A DNA stretch of 64,000 bases from Paramecium tetraurelia (Eukaryota): positions 310,001-374,000 of the forward strand of contig CT868652.1 of NCBI GenBank assembly GCA_000165425.1, given 5' to 3'. Position numbers and translations under genes: made by a program. The notes under the pieces were generated by a model. The model was not told the DNA's origin and did no database searches. It saw only the letters and a program-made list of their open reading frames with translations. Positions 45,601 through 60,065 of this stretch are shown piece by piece. How positions within the stretch are numbered: the stretch's first letter is position 1; every line of letters starts with the position of its first letter.

Positions 45601-47674
45601 ACTTGGGTCAACATCATAGGATAATCCTTAGTTGTTATTTTCATCTACAAATATTTAAACTTAAGCTTTAACTGTTATTGATAATTTGAATGTTCCAGAA
45701 ATAGGATCTAAAGGTTCTTGTGTGGTTTGAGCATTAAAACTAAATTATTCCTGAGTTGTAATTAATTAAGGAAGAGACCTATCCTCTCCTCTATGAGAGA
45801 GAAATGTTATAATATATTAATTGCCTGCATAAGTTTCTGAAGCATCATCCAATATTAATCCAGAATTATCTAATTTATTTATTTTTACTTATGTTAAATA
45901 ATTACAACAATCCAATAGAGACTATTAAATTTAAGCACTATTATAGTTGAGAGTTATATCTTCAGTAGTGTAAGATAACTAGTTAGAGTTTGTAAATTTT
46001 AATTTAAAAGTATCCAACAATAATACATTTCCTTAGGAATTATAGATGTCAATCGATATGATTTCACTTTTAGGAGTGTAGGATGTTTTCACTTAAAACA
46101 ATTAACTTTATTTTGTATTTGGTGCTTACACCTCAGTAATTTTAGCATTCATTGAAAGAGTTACAAATCCTTTGCCTACAGTGTTAACATGAAAGATCTC
46201 TATATAATAATATTAGTTCTCCACTAAATTGACTGTTTATGATATTGAATTGACAGCTTTTGAACTATCCCATAATTATTCTCCCCAATAATTCCTATAT
46301 TAAGTAGATTGCTAACATGAAGCAGCTGGAGACTCAGCACGTATTGGTTTAAGTGTTTCAGCTGTTTAGATGTAGAAAGTAGCACAGTCATCAGCAGCCA
46401 ATAAAAATTAATATTCTCCAGATTGGGTTGCTTTCAAAAATCCTCTAAAATACTATCCATATTGAGACTCAACTTCGTCAATAGAATCTGGTTATGATTA
46501 TATACCATGTTAAATAATTCTAGCCTTTAATTCTTAAGAATCTGAAATTATGTCATTTCTGAAAACATCACAATTAGTATATTTATTTGTCAATCCTCTC
46601 AAATCATATTTAGTATGTAGTAACCCAGTTCCAGAGATGAAAACTGAGCCAACAACATTCAATGAATCTAGCAATATTTGATCTGTTATTTTTGGTATTT
46701 AGACCTTAAATTATTTACTTTATTTACTTTTAATTAATTTATGGATGCTTCTAACACTGTTATAGAAACATCTGTTCCTGAAATCTTGACAATATTATCA
46801 GTCAATCCGCTCTTGAATCCTTGCCCTTTTATGAGTAATATGAATGAGTCATTTGCTTCGTTTGACCATTATAGTGAAGATATTATAGGAAGCATTCTTA
46901 TTATAAAAACAAATTTTTACTTAAAGCTTTTTTAAGATAAGATGTTTCCTCTTCTAGTACTCAAATTGACTTGATAGGTTGATGAAATCAAGTCTTCTGC
47001 TAATTTGCAGGATATTACATCTTCACCCTTCTACATCTGGGTATTCAAAATTCGATATTGATTTTTAACACAATATTTCTGTCCGATAAGAATTTTCTCA
47101 ATCTCGTTTTGCTCTTCGCCTTACAATACCCACTGTCCTTTGGTAGTCAAGACAGAATTTGCAAACCCTATAGATGGGATTAAGTAATGTAGATATGGAG
47201 ATATTTCTTATTTATATGAAAAAAGGCATTTATTTGTCTAAGAAGTACATACTGATTTCTTATTATCAGATGTCTCAATAGACACAAGAAGATTTTGTAG
47301 GGAATTGTCATTTAACAAGGGTGCAGTAGTCTTACATGACACCTCTTACTCTTTAGCATATGTTTCATCTATGATACAAGGGTATTTGCCTATATACACT
47401 ATGTGGTTGGTTACGATTGAATCAAAACCTATAGCCTAAGGATAAAGATGACATTACTTTCATGTATAAGCTCGTTCCTCCCTATGTAGAACCATATAGA
47501 TTAGAAGTTTCTTTAAATTAACTGGTAGACACCCAAAACAAGTTTATGGTCTCAGTCTTTTAATTTTATTCAGGCACTAATGTAAGGGCTAGAGATATAG
47601 ATGAATTATTAACCTCTCAATTATTCAACACATATACAGGCAAACAAGTATTACAAAAATGATGAAGATACCAT
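36682..47674 (-). CDS. giant fibrocystin-L (PKHD1L1)-like type I membrane protein (~3,500 aa)
   Basis: Signal peptide MVSSSFLQYLFACICVEQLRA; many IPT/TIG repeats (GSTQGGTSL, ASPDGGAEITLLGLGF); PA14 (FRGFLKATQSGEYQFLLAADD); two G8 domains (KWSDASTW..., WKPNQIPKVGDKVTI); beta-helix repeats (GRYPIHF); single TM (LIIILSIVIPLAFIILITIVCI); short tail. Confidence 0.85.
39905..40430 (-). repeat. degenerate tandem coding repeat (approx. GNTDNTNNNNT) in the fibrocystin-like gene
   Basis: Recurrent ~24-33 nt units such as ccagtgttattattatttgtattatctgtatt on +. Confidence 0.85.
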
Positions 47675-48292
47675 CTATTTCAGAATTAATTAATATAAGA
47701 GTCCCAAATACAATTCCGCTATATAGCACAGAATTGTAAAAACTCTACCATATATATATAATAGTAAAATCAGATGAAAGGGAAACCCTTAAAAAAATAG
47801 ATCATTTTATATTTATAATCATGCTTATTATATATGATAATATTTTTTGAAAATATTTATTAAATAATTAAATTTTTAATATAAATTATCTTGTGAAACA
47901 AACAGTTCTATTTTTTGTTCTTTTTGATCTTTTTTTTTGACTAAAAAAATACGAACTGAATTTAATTTTCACGTAAATACTTAATCTATTTTCATTCTTT
48001 CATTTTAATAACAAGAAAAAATATTAGATATTAGTCCACATTTGAAGTTGTATCCTTTTTTATTATATATTCTAATCGATATGACAAAACCAAGGATATC
48101 TATGGCAATCTAATACAATTTTAAATTTCTTCTAAATTGTTATTCTTGCAAGTCTTAGCGTAAATTTAGCTTACAATTTTAATACACAATTATGTTTATA
48201 GATATTAAATTGATCAAACTAACACATTAAATATTCTATATTTCTCAATTCTTAATGGTGTTCTAAAATCAAAGATCATTATTTTTATATTT

Positions 48293-48595
48293 ATGATTCG
48301 AACAATCTTAACAATTGCCACAATTTCCCTGCTTTTGCTAAACTAATTACTAACAAACAGAATCCTAACCACTCACTGAGTTTGAAATTTGGTAATAGAA
48401 GCATCAGAAGATGTACATTGGTGAAGAAAGAATCTATAGAGAAGCTGTTTATTAGGCTAATAAATAAAAGATTGAAAATCATAATAAGGAAGAGGACAGA
48501 ACTTAGATATGGGGGAAAATCAATTTATGGCCTTGACTTAAGATGAATTTATATCATTATATTTGACTCAAGTGGATGCGCCAAAATTAGTTTGA
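48293..48595 (+). pseudogene. truncated cathepsin L relic (signal peptide and I29 propeptide only, two frameshifts)
   Basis: MIRTILTIATISLLLL / TEFEIWQQKHQKMYIGEERIYREAVYQANKQKIENHNKEEDRT / MGENQFMALTQDEFISLYLT. Aligns with the propeptide of the 35688 gene; no mature domain follows. Confidence 0.75.
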
Positions 48596-48803
48596 TTTAT
48601 TTATGGTTAACTGTTTTTTAAAATATATATAATTAAATTTGTTCAAAGTATCAACTTGTAACATCTTTTCAACTTATTGGAGTTTTTAAACTACATATTT
48701 TTTCATTAAACAAATCATCAGCCTTAGAAAATTTCAATCTGTTAATTACTATAATAAGCATATCGAATTATATAATGATTTATTATTAATAACTATTCAA
48801 ATA

Positions 48804-49717
48804 TCAAAAGTAATCAAATCCCTTACTTTATCTAATGGTACGGAATGATCTTTCGTGAGTTATATTATGCTTTTATTTTGGTAATTTAAATAAAGGAAGT
48901 GTTGTAAAACTTGGTTTTTTAATAAACTTTTATAGTTGATAAGTGTCTGCGTCAGTTAGATCATCTTCATCATTATTGACTTTTTCTTCTTCCTTTTTCT
49001 TCTTTTCTTAAGTGAAAGTTAATTTAACTCCTGGTTTCAAAGGGAAAGCTTCAAAATTATATGGTTCATCATACTGTGTTTTGACTTTGGTGGATACCTT
49101 TAATTTAAATAAAGCTTATTGATTAATAATGTTCTCTTCAGCAACAGCTTCTGATTGTTTTTTATCAACTCTTCCTTATAATTTACTTTTGACTGTATTG
49201 ACAATAGGACTCAATTATTTAACTTATTCTCTCTTCCTCATTATACTGCCATCGGAATCGTAAGCTTAATAATCTTTTAATGGTTTTTTAGATAACAACA
49301 ATTTAACTTAGATTTGTCTTGCTGGATGAATGTATTCGTTATAAGGCAAATTTTGATCTCTGAGTTTAGCATTTTTCTTATCCTTCTTCTTCTTCATGGC
49401 TTCTAATCTATATTTATCATCAGATTTGTCTCTGTCAACTACAATGAGGGATGGTTTGGGTTCATAAGTTTCAAAAAGACCATAATTTTTTTTGACTTCC
49501 AATTCCTATTAGGATGTACTCTCGTTTAATTTGATTGATTATCGTTTCCATAAGACTGATTAGACATGTTGAGTAGTGTGTCTATCAAAAACTGGAGTTT
49601 ACTTTAGTTTAAATTCTTAAATACTGGTTCATCATCATGAACGTAGATCTAATCAGGAACACTATATTCAAGGATGTATAGCTCCAATAGCTATTAACAA
49701 TGCTCTAAGGCAATCAT
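48804..49717 (-). CDS. hypothetical Lys-rich protein
   Basis: MIALEHCQQLLELYIL..., 23-nt intron, then QTPVFDRH...YEPKPSLIVVDR... to TGA. Confidence 0.7.
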
Positions 49718-49740
49718 AAAATAATTAAAGATAATTATAA

Positions 49741-50764
49741 TCAATAATCTAACTAATTATTATATTCTGGTCTAATTTTTAGATACTCTTCGTAATCCTG
49801 GGGTTACACTTGTTGAATGTATTCATGCATATCTTCTCTTTTGAGATTCACATCATTAAGGAATTGTTAATACTCAATCCCATTAGCCATATAAGGATGA
49901 TAGTAAAATTATTTATCAAACATCAAATAATAAGGATCTTGCTCAACTAGTTATTCTAATATATTCAAACAATGTTACCATCTTTAGTAATCTCTACAAA
50001 TTAGCTTTTCTTTTTGCGTCCTGCACGACTTCTCTCATTTCTTGGCAATCTTTTTCCATTTTCTCCTCTGTGAGCATAGGGATTAAATTTTTGATGATGA
50101 CTTCTACATTGACTGGGAGTACGTGTACCAATTAGTTCACTCATTTGTTTAAATATTTTTGATGTTTTCTTCATCATTGACGAATTCATAATGTTTTCAT
50201 ATTGTGATAGGAAATTCACATAAGTTGTGTGTTCAATTGCTGACCAATGACCAGTATTTATGTTTTCTTTTTTTGGCTTTTTTGGTTGATGATGTTTGTT
50301 GGACTTTAAAGTCTATTTTGAACCCACAGGAGAACTATTGGTTACAATATCCGATTGCAATTTAGGCAACAAGGTACCCTATGTAAAATGTACAAGCGAA
50401 TATTATGGTTAGACTGCTGGTTTCATACTAAAGTGCTAAAGGATATAAAATACAAATCCTCCTTTTGAGGTTCTTCTTGTTATGCTTTAGTTTTAGGAAG
50501 CAATTCCTTTTAATCATCCCTTCCATAATAATACAACAAATACTTGTGTTTTTTTGATTTCTTTGTCTTGTTTTATGATTTCTGATCAACAACAATATCA
50601 TAATTGATTACTTGTTAAGGGTACTAAAATTAGGGATAAATTGGAAATTCGTTGAGATTCTAGTTCATAGCATATTCTATCATTTGATTTTTAGGCATGA
50701 CTTCATTCTCAAATTAATAAGCTGTTTGATAATCAACAGGAATTTAATAGAGAGGATGAATCAT
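49741..50764 (-). CDS. single-repeat Myb transcription factor (SHAQKYF-like class)
   Basis: NTGHWSAIEHTTYVNFL...FKQMSELIGTRTPSQCRSHHQKF. Confidence 0.85.
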
Positions 50765-50893
50765 GATTGCCGACAATAATTTTTATAAATTATATATTGA
50801 CTTTTTCAGAAATTCTCCTCAGGTATACTAAACTACTGTTACCATAAAGAAATAATACAAAATTTGATTTCTACTTATAGTAATATTATAAAA

Positions 50894-53071
50894 TCAATAT
50901 CTTTGAATGGGACTATTTCTTAGTTAGGATTTTAGTGTAGCATCATGGATGGACTTATTGGCTAGTAATTCAGCAGGAACTCCTATTCTACTGTTATATG
51001 CAGCTCTGGATACTAAGGTTTCAGGCAAAAGACTCTTGTCTAGTATGGTGTATTTCTCAATCATTTCAGTCAATTCTCTGTTCTTGATTGCCAATTAATT
51101 TTGGAGATCAGAGATTTGATCTGAAAGTAATCCTACTTAGGTATTGTAGGCACTCTTAAGGTTTTCAAATTAGTAAGCAGCACCTGAATCCATTTTATGT
51201 CTTAATTCATCTATTTCTAGATTCTTTTCTTATTCAAAATGGTGTAATTTGTCAATCAATTTGTCATTTTCATCTTGAATACGTTTTTGGATAAGTTCAG
51301 CATTATTTCTTTGGATTGTTAGATTCTCACATTCTTTAATTTTATTGTTATACATATCGAATGTCTTTTAGATTTCATATTTTTAATGATCAATTTATTA
51401 TTCCAATTATTTCTATTTCTCTCTGTTTTATGTATCTATTTCTTTAATAAGAGTCTTTAGGTCTTAGATTTCTTGAAGTTTTGATTTTTCAGTTTCAAAT
51501 GCTCTGAGTTTAACAAGTTCTAAATCATTTTATAAATTTCTTAATTTATCTTCAAACTCTAATTTGATTTAAGAATAGTTCTTAAGATTCTGTTAAATTT
51601 CTTGGTTTTTGTGATCTAACAAATTCTTTAAGTTGATTATTTCTTGATTCAATAATTAAATCTATTTTTGGAGATCAATTTACATATTTTCATATTAAAT
51701 GGTTAATCTTTCAATTCTGGCATGTTAATCAGCAATTTCTCTGTTTTTCTCATTCTCTAATAAAATGGCTCTTCGTTTTTGATCTTCAATAGTATTGATC
51801 AATCTTTGGATTTCCCCATCATAATAGTCCTTTTGTTATTATTTTTCAACAACTAATTTTTGGATATCTGAATTTTTATGATCAATAATTTCCTTAAGTT
51901 TTAGAATTTCTTTATGTAAAGCCTACAATTGATTTTCATGTGTTAATTTAAGATTAGTGGTATCATTATTATGAATGTTATCTAAATTAGTTTGGATATT
52001 ATGATTTTCTTATTGATGTAATTATTCATTACTCAAGATTTGTCTTCTTAGCATTTCAATTTCAGATCTCAATCCAGAAATCTCTAATTCTGATTGTATT
52101 TTTTACTTTTGATTTTGGTTGATTAGAGTTTCGATTTCTTGAGTCTTGATTTCTAACAAATTCTTAAGTTTGGTAATTTCTGAACCTTAAACATCTTGTT
52201 GATTCTCATGAGCAGTTTATTGATTTCTCAAATTGGTTTCTTGATACAAATCCAATTTCTACTTTTGTGCCAATAATTCATTTTGATGATCAATTTGAAT
52301 AGCAGTCAATCTAGATTTAGTGATATCTATTTCATTCATTAATCTTAATTAAGTATCTTAAGACTCTATTTTCTGTCTCTCAATTTGAGATTACAATTGA
52401 GCCACTTGTAATGTTCTATCTTCTAACATATCTCTAAGTTTCTTGAGTTGTGCCTCATACATATCAGCTTGACTATTATTTGATCGTTTAAATGTTTCTT
52501 AGATTTACGTTGTTTAGTTATCAGCCACATTTCTCTAATCCGAAATTATTCTATTTTTTTCTTGATCCAACGCACTGCTTCTGGCATTGGCTTTTTACAC
52601 TTCCAAAGTAAGAGCCTTGATCTCAGATTCATAATTCTGTCTTATCTACATGAGAGATCCCATTTGGGCTTCATATTTTTATTTCCACATCTCAGATTCA
52701 CTTTTTCTTTACAAAGCCATCTTTTGAGCTCTTTCCAATTGGCCTTGGAGAGCATTGTTAGATTCTAAGACTTCGACTACTTTATACTCTAGGTCGCCAC
52801 TCTTTTGCTAAACTAGACGTTAAAGTTCATTATCAGCCTTATATTTGGCCAACTCTCGTTCGAGTTCATGACATTTAATTCGATAATTCTCTGCATCTTC
52901 AGACACAATGCTAAAGTTCATCTTATTTTAGAGAGGGGAATGGATGTAAGGCGATTGATTATTGAGTGGATGTGCCTTCTTTACGGTGCCTGGTTATGAG
53001 AAGTCCTGACTAGCTAGGACTTACGAATATTTAGTTGGTGAAATAGTTCTTGGTTACATACTGAGGTTCAT
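50894..53071 (-). CDS. long coiled-coil (probably cytoskeletal/cortical) protein
   Basis: ~725 aa frame with recurring EI..L..LL..K..EI heptad blocks; no intron noticed. Confidence 0.8.
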
Positions 53072-53532
53072 TGACAATTTATTAATAAAAATTATTGACA
53101 CCCGCATTAGCTTAACGAATACTTTTATAACACATATAAAAATTATGAATATAATTTATTTATCATTAATATTTTTTACTCCATTTTGTAGTTATGTAGC
53201 TTAATCATATCAAAATATTTACAAAAACTAATTACAATATCTCCATTTATCACAAGAATCTAATTGAAGAATAATAATATTTGATATAAGACAGAAATTT
53301 CTAAAGTAAATGTTGTTTCATCAATCATTTTTGTAATAATATCATTATAATTACAATTATATGCTATCAGATTATGACTTTGTCTTTTCCTGAAGATCTT
53401 GATTAAACAGTATCCTATACTTATTAACAGAATCGAAGAAATTAGACAGAAAAACATCTATGTTTAATGTATAATAAAGGTGTGTATGAAATATTCATTA
53501 ATAAAATTAAAACTTATTTTAATAAAATATAT

Positions 53533-55720
53533 ATGATTAATTTGGAAAATTTTGATCAAACAAAATTCAAAAATCCCATCCTTGATAGGTATGATATCTC
53601 CAATACAAAAGTCCTCGGTCGATTTAGGCTTGTCGATTAATTGGAATCCTACCTCAAGAATTAATTTAGATAAGTTTATAAGAATTAAAACAAAGACGAC
53701 CAGATTTGAAACTGGACAAGCAAGATTGGTAGAAATTCTGGGAACATCAAGAAATAAAAAGACAATAAAAATTAGAAGCCTGTATTGAGACTAGATAATA
53801 AATTATTCAAGCAGGAGGCATGTAAGGATATGAGCATGATGATTAAAACTTTAAGGATTCGAGGATGTCAGATTAATAAAGTAATGCTATTGAGAGAGAG
53901 AAAAAGGAATTGGAGAAGATGAAATAGCGACAATAAAAAGAAATAGATTAAATGTTAGAGTACGAGCGGAGGATGTAAGAAATTAGAGAAAGGAATGAAG
54001 AGAAATAAAGAAAACAATTAGAGAAATAAATGAGAAGAGAACAAGAATTATATGAAAAAAGGATGCAATAGGAATTAGAAAAATAAATGAGAGAGGAAGA
54101 GAAAAAAAAGAAATAATAAGATGAGGAAAGATATAATAAGTAATTAGCAAGTGAGCATTTCAGAAGAGAATAAGAAAGAGCCAAAATGGAATAAGAAAAA
54201 CAAAACTACTTAAAAATGGAAGCAAAAAAGAAGGAAGAAGAGAGAAGATTAAAATAAATGCAATTCTAGTAATAAACACAATAAATTTAATAATAATATG
54301 AAGAAGAAATGTAGAGAAAAAGATTGATTATGTAATAAAAGGAAGTCGATAGATTACAAACTATTGAAATTTAGAGATAATAAAGAATATAAGAGTCTCA
54401 ACAAGCTTAACAGGAATTGGCTATAAAATTAGTGAATGCCAGAGTAAAACAAGAGGATCAATTAAATAATATGAAGAAAGTATTTTATAGTATTATTATT
54501 AGTCTTTCGATTTAAAGTAATAAAAAATAGAATAGAGAAGAAGAGAATTTGAAGAAATGAAAATGTAAAAGATGTATGAAAATCAAATACAAGCATTACA
54601 ACATTAAGAGAAAATCAAGGAAGTTATGGAAAAGAATTAGATGCAAGAAGAATAAAAGAAATATGATTACTTTAGTAAACTATAAGAAGTTGAATAAAGA
54701 AAGGAAGAGCTGGAAAGGTTAAAACAATAAGAAATCATTTCTAAGAAATAATAAATATATGAAAAGGAATTATAAAGACAATAAGTATTACAAAATAATG
54801 AGAAATAACTGGAACAAAAGACTAATGATTTTCTCAGGAAATTTTAAGAAAAGGAATAATTAATTTATGAAGTAAGCAGTAATTTAATTATTTAAGAAAT
54901 AATTCGAAAAATAATAATTCTAACATGAGTAAAAAGTAAAAGAGCTTTTAAAGGAATAGGATAAGAAGGAAGCATTAGAAAGAATCATGAGATTGTAAGA
55001 ATACGAAAAGGAATTACAAAGATAAAAATTATAAGATAAAATGAGAAGAGCTGAAATATTATAAATTGAGAAAAACTAAATGTTAGAATAAAGAATGATG
55101 ATCAAAAAAGAGATAGGATTTTAAAAATAGGAATTGATGCAAAAATTAGAGCTAGTCAAATTAGGAAAACTTGATCCATCCGCTTTAAATCCTGATGGCA
55201 ATAGTATTAGAGCATCAAATAGTTTGCAAAACAGTTACCATAATGTTAGACGTATATAATAATAATAATATTAATAATAGCATCAACTGCAAAATATTAA
55301 AATACTCTATCAAATAAAGATATGCGTCATAATGTAAGACCGAAATCATAATAATAAAAAATTTTAACAAATTCTTCAAATACATAATTTGGTTCTTCAA
55401 ATCAAGGAAAATTTACTATGACTAATAAACACGAAAATCAGATTGATTAATTAAAAGTTCGATAAAATTAAGAAATGATTGATGTATTAACTAACTTATG
55501 CTAAATAGGTCTTAGAAGAAGAATAGTAATTGGAATTTGAAAGAGAGTAAGCTATGGCTAATACAAAAAATCCAGAAGAATAAAAAAGATTAGAAAAACT
55601 ATTTTAGATTGAAAGAAATAAAACTAACTAAAGACTTGATTAACTTAAGCGGTAATTATTTATTTAAAAATTATTAGAGAACATTAAAGATAAGTGGAAG
55701 AATTCAGAAACTAAGGCTGA
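53533..55720 (+). CDS. E/Q/K-rich coiled-coil protein with CCDC177-like N-terminal motif
   Basis: INLENFD...ILDSPRSIQACRLIGILPQEL, followed by charged helical repeats. Several short introns. Confidence 0.7.
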
Positions 55721-56238
55721 GTTTATAAATTTATTTTTGTATTTTTTATATAATTTTAAAATATTAATTCATCTATATATGTTTATTTTAAGGTTAAATT
55801 ATCTATTTTTAATTTGTTAAAGCAAAAATAATTTTTGAGTTAATAAGCTTCTATTATCATCTAAAGACTGAAAGTATTTTTAAGGAATAATCTCGATTAA
55901 CTGTTATATAATTATTTAAAGTTAATTATAATAATAAATCAATTTGATTGAGGTCTAATTATTTCAATTTTAAATGTTAAATCTTATTTCAATAAATATT
56001 AGAGTGATCACTAAAAATTAACTTTGTTATTACATAGTTTAATCATATACAATTATCGTTCAAAACTAAATTTATTCTGTTAGATAATTTATGTATTTTG
56101 ATAAATATTAATTGCTATTAAAAATTATGAGGATATTATTTCATTGTACATCTATTAGTACATTCAAACTTAAATTCAACCAATAGTTTAGAATGAAATA
56201 AATCAAAAAAATTAAGTTTAAATTCAATATGTTTAGAA

Positions 56239-57713
56239 TCACTTAATCTCTATTTCTTCAACTGAATTTTAAGGCCCAGCCTTTTTTAGATTAGATTCTG
56301 TTCTCCACTTTTATGCCCAGCTTTTAATTTTCATCAATGAAACTAAAGAATATGCATTATCAATATCCACTTATGAAACTTCCATAACTTTTTCTTCTTG
56401 ATCCCTAATATGGAGATATACAATAATTATACATTTCATCTAATAGTTAAGCAGAGCTTTGATTAATCCAGGGATGCTTAGCAATTTCACTTATAGATGG
56501 TCTCTTCTTTGGATCCTTATTCAAGATGAAATGAATAAATTCTTTAAGACCATCACTAATGGCAAAATTCTCTGGAAATTCAACTCTAAATATTTGAATA
56601 AGAATGTACTCATTTTCTGAAATGTTCTTCAGTATGTCAGGAATGCTGTTTCCAGTGAAAGGAACAGTTAAGTAGGTGAAGGCATAGAAGGTTACTCCAA
56701 GTGCCCAGATATCTGCAGCACGACCAGAATATCCATCTTTGGCTGTTTCTTTATTGCATGCTTCTGGAGGCATAAAATAATAAGTTCCTTATGTGTTTTC
56801 AAGCACATCATTTTTGGAACCGACAACTTAAGAAACTCCGAAATCTGCAATTTTAGCAGTTTTACCAGACATCAATACATTTTGAGGTTTGAGATCTCTG
56901 TGTACAACTTTATTTTTATGGACTAGGATATTGAAATATATATTACGGAATGCTAAGCCTTTTATGCAATCTCGAAAAAGAGAAGAAAGAATATCTTCGG
57001 TTAATTCTTCATCCTCGTTCAATTTATAAAATTTGCCTTCATCATCATCCCATTCAATGAGTTGACCTCCTTCTGCAAATTCAAGGACTAGAGTGTAAAA
57101 ATGAGGAAATTTACCCATAAACAATTTATCACTTGTAGGATTGTCAATCACTTCATAAAGTTGAATAAGGTTGTTGTGTCTTAGTTTTTTCATGATAGCA
57201 ATTTCCTTTTTGACATCTTGCAAAGCATCCTTGACAACTAGATCTAAAATGGAATAAAGAGGGTAGTTATACTTCCATTGGCATCTTTGACAAACTCTCT
57301 TTATCGTTTAAGTTTGCTTTTTTTAAGTATTTTAATGGCAAATCTTTGAGTGGGATCTCCTTTCTTATGAGCCAGTTTGACTTTACCAAAGGCACCTTGA
57401 CCTAAAAACTCATCGAAAACATAATCATTTAACATCTTTTATCCCTAAGTAGATGTATTTTGATATATAATTACTTCTTCATTTTTGAGTGTGACAGCCT
57501 TGACAGTTTCTCTCACTTTTTTGTTTTTCTAAGAAAGAACTAACGAAAATAGATTACTTTAGGGATTTTGACTTTGATTAATGTCTAAGGTTAGGTCTTT
57601 TTATCTTATAATAACAAGGAGGATTGCTGATCATGCATATAAGGTGAGGCAGAATGTTCCTGTATAACTTAATTAATCCTAGCTTCTTTTTTCTTTGCAC
57701 AAACTGATCCCAT
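56239..57713 (-). CDS. CaMKK-like Ser/Thr kinase with a predicted acylated N-terminus
   Basis: MGSVCAKKK; LGQGAFGKVKL; KKEIAIMKKLRHNNLIQLYEVIDNP; HRDLKPQN; DFG; GTYYFMPPE; YSGRAADIWALGVT; basic amphipathic tail SLMKIKSWAQKWR. Confidence 0.88.
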
Positions 57714-57921
57714 TATTAAATTGAATATTATATAATTGAACTAATTAACTTATTGAGAGTGAATATTAGATAACATTATTAAATTAAAGTACTTTTAAAT
57801 ACACGGAATTCTTAAACATTAAACTGATGAGATGAGAGTCATAATGGTAAATATCTTGATTAGTATATAAATATGATATTTTATAGCATCATCTGAGATA
57901 TTATATAATAATATTAAAAAA

Positions 57922-60022
<2,101 letters not shown>

Positions 60023-60065
60023 GATAAATTAAATATAATTCGTTCTTAAATTAAATTTATAATTA

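Noticed and set aside
53260..53457. Small ORF with a hydrophobic N-terminus (MFFCLISSILL...)
   Set aside because: It could be a relic or small gene, but boundaries and homology could not be supported.
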